Shown piece after piece: positions 59,263 to 64,000 of a stretch of DNA of 64,000 nucleotides; within the stretch, counting starts at the first letter, position 1; each line of letters starts with the position of its first letter. Made by a program: the position numbers and the translations under genes. The stretch spans positions 512,001 through 576,000 of the forward strand of contig CAWGMA010000003.1 in the NCBI GenBank assembly GCA_963823555.1, in the 5' to 3' direction. The stretch comes from Candidatus Eiseniibacteriota bacterium (GTDB lineage: Bacteria; Eisenbacteria; RBG-16-71-46; CAVPCR01). The notes under the pieces were generated by a model. That model made no database searches, had not been told where the DNA came from, and worked only from the letters and a program-made list of their open reading frames with translations.

Positions 59263-60273
59263 ATGAAGTGGAAGCCGCTCCAGATGCCAAAGCGCGTCGA
59301 GGTCGAGGAACGAACCATGACCGATCGCTTCGGGAGGTTCTTCATCGAGCCGCTCGAGCGCGGCTTTGGCATGACGATCGGCAACTCGCTGCGCCGCGTT
59401 CTCCTATCGTCTTTGCAGGGTGCTGCGGTAACAGCGGTTCGGATCGAAGGTGTGCTGCACGAGTTCACCACCATCAATGGCGTTTTCGAGGACACCACCC
59501 AGGTCATTCAGAACCTGAAGAAGGTCCGTTTCAAGTTCGATGCCGACGGACCCGTGAAGGGGCACTTCGAGAAGCGAGGCAAGGGCGAGCTGCGCGCCGG
59601 CGATCTCGAGGTCGACCCCTCGGTGACCGTTCTCAATCCGGAGCTCCACATCGCCACGCTCAACGAAGAGGCAGAGCTCCTCATCGATGTCGAGGTTTCG
59701 CCGGGGCGCGGCTACGTGGTGGCCGAGCAGCAGGCGAGCGTCGAGCGCCCGATCGGCGTGGTGGCGGTCGACTCGCAGTTCTCGCCCATCGAGAAGGTAA
59801 ACTTCACGGTCGAGAACACGCGTATCGCGCAGCGCACCGACTTCGACAAGCTGATTGTTGAGGTCTGGACCGACGGGTCCGTGGCGCCGATCGATGCCGT
59901 GGCGCATTCGGCCAAGATCCTGAAGGATCATTTCAGCCTCTTCATCAACTTCGAGGAAGAGGTCGAAGAGGTCGAGGAGGTCCGGGAGGACGAGGACACG
60001 AGTCGGGTTCGCGCTCTGCTCGAGAAGAGTGTCGAGGAGCTCGAGCTCTCGGTGCGTTCGTCGAACTGCCTGCGAGCAGCCGAGATCAAGACCCTCGGTC
60101 AGCTCGTGCAGAAGTCCGAGGCCGAGATGCTCAAGTACCGCAACTTCGGCCGCAAGTCGCTCCGTGAGATCGCCGACGTGCTTTCGGAGATGGGCCTTCA
60201 GTTCGGCATGGATGTGTCCCAGTATTTGGAACCCAAGAAGGAGGAGAAGCAGGAGCAGTATCTGGGGCTATAG
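59263..60273 (+). CDS. rpoA: RNA polymerase alpha subunit
   Basis: [37 protein letters not shown]. Confidence 0.97.
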   Translation: MKWKPLQMPKRVEVEERTMTDRFGRFFIEPLERGFGMTIGNSLRRVLLSSLQGAAVTAVRIEGVLHEFTTINGVFEDTTQVIQNLKKVRFKFDADGPVKGHFEKRGKGELRAGDLEVDPSVTVLNPELHIATLNEEAELLIDVEVSPGRGYVVAEQQASVERPIGVVAVDSQFSPIEKVNFTVENTRIAQRTDFDKLIVEVWTDGSVAPIDAVAHSAKILKDHFSLFINFEEEVEEVEEVREDEDTSRVRALLEKSVEELELSVRSSNCLRAAEIKTLGQLVQKSEAEMLKYRNFGRKSLREIADVLSEMGLQFGMDVSQYLEPKKEEKQEQYLGL

Positions 60274-60347
60274 GCTTCGGGTGAGCGCGGGCGAGAACTT
60301 GCCCGGCGCCCCCCTGCTCGGCTTCGTCGCAGAGGAAGGATCGGGCC

Positions 60348-60947
60348 ATGCGCCATAATCGCAAGGGACGGCAGCTCAGCCGGACCCACAGCCACCGGCG
60401 GGCGATGCTCCGCAATCTCGTGACCTCGCTCTTCGCGCACGAGCGGGTGACCACGACCTTGGCCAAGGCCAAGGAAGCACGGCCCGTGGCCGAGCGGCTG
60501 ATCACCAGGGCTCGGCGCGGCGACCTCGCCGCGCGCCGCTACGTGTCGTCCTATGTGATGAGCGAGACCGTGGCGAAGAAGCTCATGGACGACATCGCCC
60601 CGCGTTTCGCCACGCGCCCCGGCGGCTACACCCGCATCTACCGCATGGGCGTCCGACATGGAGATTCCGGGGAAGTCGGTATCATCGAGCTCGTCGATCG
60701 CAAGATCGTGAAGCCTTCCGGCGAGGACGGCAAGAAGGGCGCCAAGAAGGAGCTCAGCGCAGACGCCGCGGCCGAGAAGGACGCCAAGGACAAGGCGCGG
60801 GCCGAGAAGAGGGCCCAGAAGAAGGCTGGCGTCCCGATGCGCGAGGACCGCGGTCCTGGTCGCCGGACCAGGGGTGCGATGCATACCAAGCACACGCAGG
60901 CCACTCGCAAGTCGGGCGGTAGCCAGAAGTCCTCGAAGGAAGGCTAG
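60348..60947 (+). CDS. rplQ: 50S ribosomal protein L17 with charged C-terminal extension
   Basis: [22 protein letters not shown]. Confidence 0.95.
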   Translation: MRHNRKGRQLSRTHSHRRAMLRNLVTSLFAHERVTTTLAKAKEARPVAERLITRARRGDLAARRYVSSYVMSETVAKKLMDDIAPRFATRPGGYTRIYRMGVRHGDSGEVGIIELVDRKIVKPSGEDGKKGAKKELSADAAAEKDAKDKARAEKRAQKKAGVPMREDRGPGRRTRGAMHTKHTQATRKSGGSQKSSKEG

Positions 60948-61011
60948 TCCGCGAGGAGGTGCTGTCCCAATCGGGCAGCGGACCATCGCGGAGGTCTCCC
61001 ATCTCGGGCCA

Positions 61012-62406
61012 ATGAGCACACCGGCAAGGGCAACGAAGAGGGCGGTTCCCCCAGGGATCCGCCCTCGTTCCATTCTCCTCCTGGTTCTCTTGAGCCTCCT
61101 GGTCGGGGTAGCCCTCGTCGGCTGCAGCGCCAAGACGCCCAACAGCGGCGGGATCACCGCCGAGTTGCCGGAGGCCGGCGCGGGGGGGGGCGCGGCGCCC
61201 GCTGAGGCGGAGGCATCCACCGAGCCCGAGGAGCCCCGGGGATCAGCGGAGTCCGGTGGGATGGCGTCTGGTGGGACCGTGGATCCAGCGGTTCCCGCGG
61301 CCCGGGCGCCGGTCTACGACTCCCCGCGCGCGCTCTGGATCGTGCGCCACGATCTCGCCGATCGGAAGCGCCTGACCGATGCCATCGAGTGGGCGGCGGA
61401 GGCGGGCTTCACCGATCTCCTGGTGCAGGTGATGGGCCGGGGGGACGCCTACTACCACTCAGCCTTCGTCCCGCGTGCCGAAGAGCTCACCGATCTGGCG
61501 CGGGACCCGCTCGCCGAGGCCGTCGCCCTGGCGCGAGCGCGAGGACTGCGTCTCCATGTCTGGATCAACGTCGCGCTCGTGTGGTCGAGTCCCAAGCCGC
61601 CGCGCGCGGCGACCCATGTCGCCAACGCACACCGCGACTGGTTCGTGTGGATCACCACCAAGGGCAAGGCCCCGCGAAACTCGCTCGATTTGAAGAAGCG
61701 TGAGCTCAATGCCCTCGAGCTCGAGGGGCATTTCCTGAACCTCGGCCATCCCGAGGTCGGCGTGTATCTGGAGGACGTGGTGCGCGAGATCCTGAGGCAG
61801 TACGCGGTCGACGGCATCCACTTCGATTACGCCCGGTTGCCGCGCTCGGTGAAGAGCCTGGATCCGCTGAGCCGCGCCGAGTTCAAGGCGCAGCACGGAG
61901 TGGATCCGGTGCGTCTCGGGGCGCCGCGCGCTGCCGGAGATACGCTGGCCGCAGCCTGGTATCGCTTCCACGAGGAGCGCGTGACGCGCCTCATGGAGCA
62001 TCTCGCCGCCGCGGCCCGCGAGACCCTCCCGGGGATCCTGGTCTCGGCCGCCGTCTATCCCGATCCGGTCCTGGCGCGGCGCGAGCGCGGTCAGGCCTGG
62101 GATCGCTGGCTCGACGAAGGGACGATCGACGTTGCCGCCCCCATGTGCTACGCGGCGGACACCCGGATCGCGCGCTCCGATCTTCGAGTTGCGCGCGCCG
62201 CCACGAGCGGTCGTCTGTGGGCGGGTCTCGGTCTCTACAACAAACCGCTCGACGAGGCGCTCGCGGGGACGGCGCTCGCCCGGGAACTGGGCTACGAAGG
62301 CGTGGCGCTCTTCTCGCACACCGCGGCTCGGGAGCAGGGGCCGCGCGCCGGCACTGCCATCGCCACGGCGCTCTCGGTCTTTGCCGGAGCAGGAGCTGGT
62401 CCGTGA
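61012..62406 (+). CDS. GHL10 (family 10 glycosyl hydrolase-like) lipoprotein
   Basis: Lipobox LVGC; RALWI, QVMGRGDAYY, LHVWIN, LNLGHPEV, VDGIHFDY, QAWDRW, PMCY. Confidence 0.8.
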   Translation: MSTPARATKRAVPPGIRPRSILLLVLLSLLVGVALVGCSAKTPNSGGITAELPEAGAGGGAAPAEAEASTEPEEPRGSAESGGMASGGTVDPAVPAARAPVYDSPRALWIVRHDLADRKRLTDAIEWAAEAGFTDLLVQVMGRGDAYYHSAFVPRAEELTDLARDPLAEAVALARARGLRLHVWINVALVWSSPKPPRAATHVANAHRDWFVWITTKGKAPRNSLDLKKRELNALELEGHFLNLGHPEVGVYLEDVVREILRQYAVDGIHFDYARLPRSVKSLDPLSRAEFKAQHGVDPVRLGAPRAAGDTLAAAWYRFHEERVTRLMEHLAAAARETLPGILVSAAVYPDPVLARRERGQAWDRWLDEGTIDVAAPMCYAADTRIARSDLRVARAATSGRLWAGLGLYNKPLDEALAGTALARELGYEGVALFSHTAAREQGPRAGTAIATALSVFAGAGAGP

Positions 62407-63905
62407 CCGCCCAGGCTATGCCTCTCGTTCTACTCACCGGAGCCTCCGGCTATGTCGGGGGGCGGCTGCTCCAGGTGCTCGAAGGAGCGGGATATCGCGT
62501 GCGCTGTCTGGCGCGCCGCCCGGAGAATCTCCGGGGTCGACTTGGCGGAACCGCCGAGGTCGTCCCGGGCGACGTTCTCGATCCGGACAGCCTCGGTCGG
62601 GCCATGGATGGAGTCGGGGTGGCCTACTACCTCGTCCATTCGATGGGGACAGCCGGCGATTTCGAGGAGGAAGACCGGAAGGCAGCGACCAATTTCGGCA
62701 CCGCGGCTCGCAAGATGGGGGTTCGGCGAATCATCTACCTCGGCGGTCTCGGCGAGTCGGACGCGGATCTGTCGCGGCATCTGCGGAGCCGGCAGGAGGT
62801 GGGGGAGATCCTCCGGCAGTCGGGCGTGCCGGAGGTCATCGAGCTCCGGGCCTCGATCGTGATCGGGTCGGGGAGCCTCTCCTTCGAGATGATCCGCGCG
62901 CTCGTCGAGCGCCTTCCGATCATGGTGACCCCGCGTTGGGTGTCGATGCCGGCGCAGCCGATCGCGATCGGTGATCTTCTCGAGTACCTGCTGCAATCGA
63001 TCACGGTGGAGGCGGGCGAGGGGAGCGGCATGGGGGCCCGCATCTTCGAGATCGGCGGCGCGGACCAGGTCTCCTACGGCGACATCATGCGCGAGTACGG
63101 GCGGCAGCGTGGCCTCGAGAGGATCATGATTCGGGTGCCGGTCCTGAGCCCAAGGCTCTCGAGCTACTGGCTCGGGCTCGTGACCCCGCTCTATGCCCGG
63201 ATCGGTCGCAAGCTCGTCGATAGCCTGCGCCATCCGACCGTGGTCCATGATGATTCGGCTCGCCATGCGTATCCAGCGATCCGACCCATGGGGATCCACG
63301 ACGCCATCGCGAGCGCGCTGCGCAACGAGGAGTCGGAGTTCGCACTCACGCGCTGGTCGGATGCGCTGTCCTCGAGCGGCCGTCTCCGCGATTGGGGCGG
63401 GGCCCGACTCGGCACGCGCATCGTCGAGTCGCATGTCGCCCGCGTGAGCGTGCCTCCGGCGACGGCGTTCGCGCCGATTCGCCGCATCGGCGGCCGCACC
63501 GGCTGGTACTACGCGAACTGGCTATGGAGCCTTCGCGGCTTCGCGGATCTGCTCCTCGGCGGTGTTGGGCGCCGCCGCGGGCGCCGAGATCCGGAGACGC
63601 TCCGCATCGGTGACACCGTCGACTGGTGGCGGGTCGAGGCCTATGAACCGGATCGTCGCCTGCGTCTGGTGGCCGAAATGAAGGTCCCCGGCCGCGCCTG
63701 GCTCGAGTATGAAGTGGAGGATGAGGGGGCAGGGCGTTCCACGATCAGGCAGACGGCCATCTTCGATCCGCTCGGTCTCATGGGACTCGTGTACTGGTAC
63801 TCGCTACACCCGGTGCACTGGTTCATCTTCCGCGGCATGCTCGAGCGGATCGCACGGCGAGCCGAGAAGGAGGTTCAGCCCGTGGACAGCCCGGGTCTCC
63901 TTTGA
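62403..63905 (+). CDS. YbjT-like NAD(P)-binding oxidoreductase with C-terminal DUF2867/SRPBCC-like domain
   Basis: TGASGYVGG, YYLVHSM, HLRSRQEVG, GDTVDWWRVE, AEMKVPGRAWL. Confidence 0.85.
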   Translation: MTAQAMPLVLLTGASGYVGGRLLQVLEGAGYRVRCLARRPENLRGRLGGTAEVVPGDVLDPDSLGRAMDGVGVAYYLVHSMGTAGDFEEEDRKAATNFGTAARKMGVRRIIYLGGLGESDADLSRHLRSRQEVGEILRQSGVPEVIELRASIVIGSGSLSFEMIRALVERLPIMVTPRWVSMPAQPIAIGDLLEYLLQSITVEAGEGSGMGARIFEIGGADQVSYGDIMREYGRQRGLERIMIRVPVLSPRLSSYWLGLVTPLYARIGRKLVDSLRHPTVVHDDSARHAYPAIRPMGIHDAIASALRNEESEFALTRWSDALSSSGRLRDWGGARLGTRIVESHVARVSVPPATAFAPIRRIGGRTGWYYANWLWSLRGFADLLLGGVGRRRGRRDPETLRIGDTVDWWRVEAYEPDRRLRLVAEMKVPGRAWLEYEVEDEGAGRSTIRQTAIFDPLGLMGLVYWYSLHPVHWFIFRGMLERIARRAEKEVQPVDSPGLL

Positions 63906-64000
63906 TAGCATGCCCACGCCTGCGCTCCGAGCGCGGCTTTGGTTCCTGATGGCGTGCCCTGGCGATGGTTGAGAACGAGAAGAGGACTTGTCATGATGAA

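Noticed and set aside
63993..64000. Possible start of the next gene (ATGATGAA)
   Set aside because: Truncated by the window edge and cannot be identified.

Overview
High-GC bacterial chromosome segment, mostly housekeeping genes. Two secreted proteins with PNPFNP/FlgD-Ig C-terminal domains, plus spoVG and the gene order, suggest (inference) an FCB-associated candidate lineage such as Eisenbacteria, Krumholzibacteriota or Latescibacterota. 1-25.2 kb: spoVG, rqcH/NFACT, yicC-gmk-coaBC-udg, dnaB, an Omp28-like CxxC secreted protein, radA, SDR, GT4, GT9, ispD-ispF, a DUF4838-like protein, an M4/M36-like secreted metallopeptidase, ddl and cysS. 25.7-61 kb: tRNA Thr-Tyr-Gly-Thr, tuf, rpmG-secE-nusG-rplKAJL-rpoBC, then the str, S10, spc and alpha clusters in one uninterrupted super-cluster. 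A GHL10 lipoprotein and a YbjT-like oxidoreductase follow. tuf copy 1, rplK, rpoB, rpoC and secY carry frameshifts that are most likely consensus or polishing errors. I found no CRISPR array, rRNA, integrase or transposase, and no convincing novel multi-gene system. The most unusual signals are: (1) near-exclusive G-ending codons in both tuf copies, with an abrupt switch back near the 3' end; (2) a histone-H1-like tail on L29; (3) an extended SpoVG; (4) several structured or AT-rich non-coding elements.
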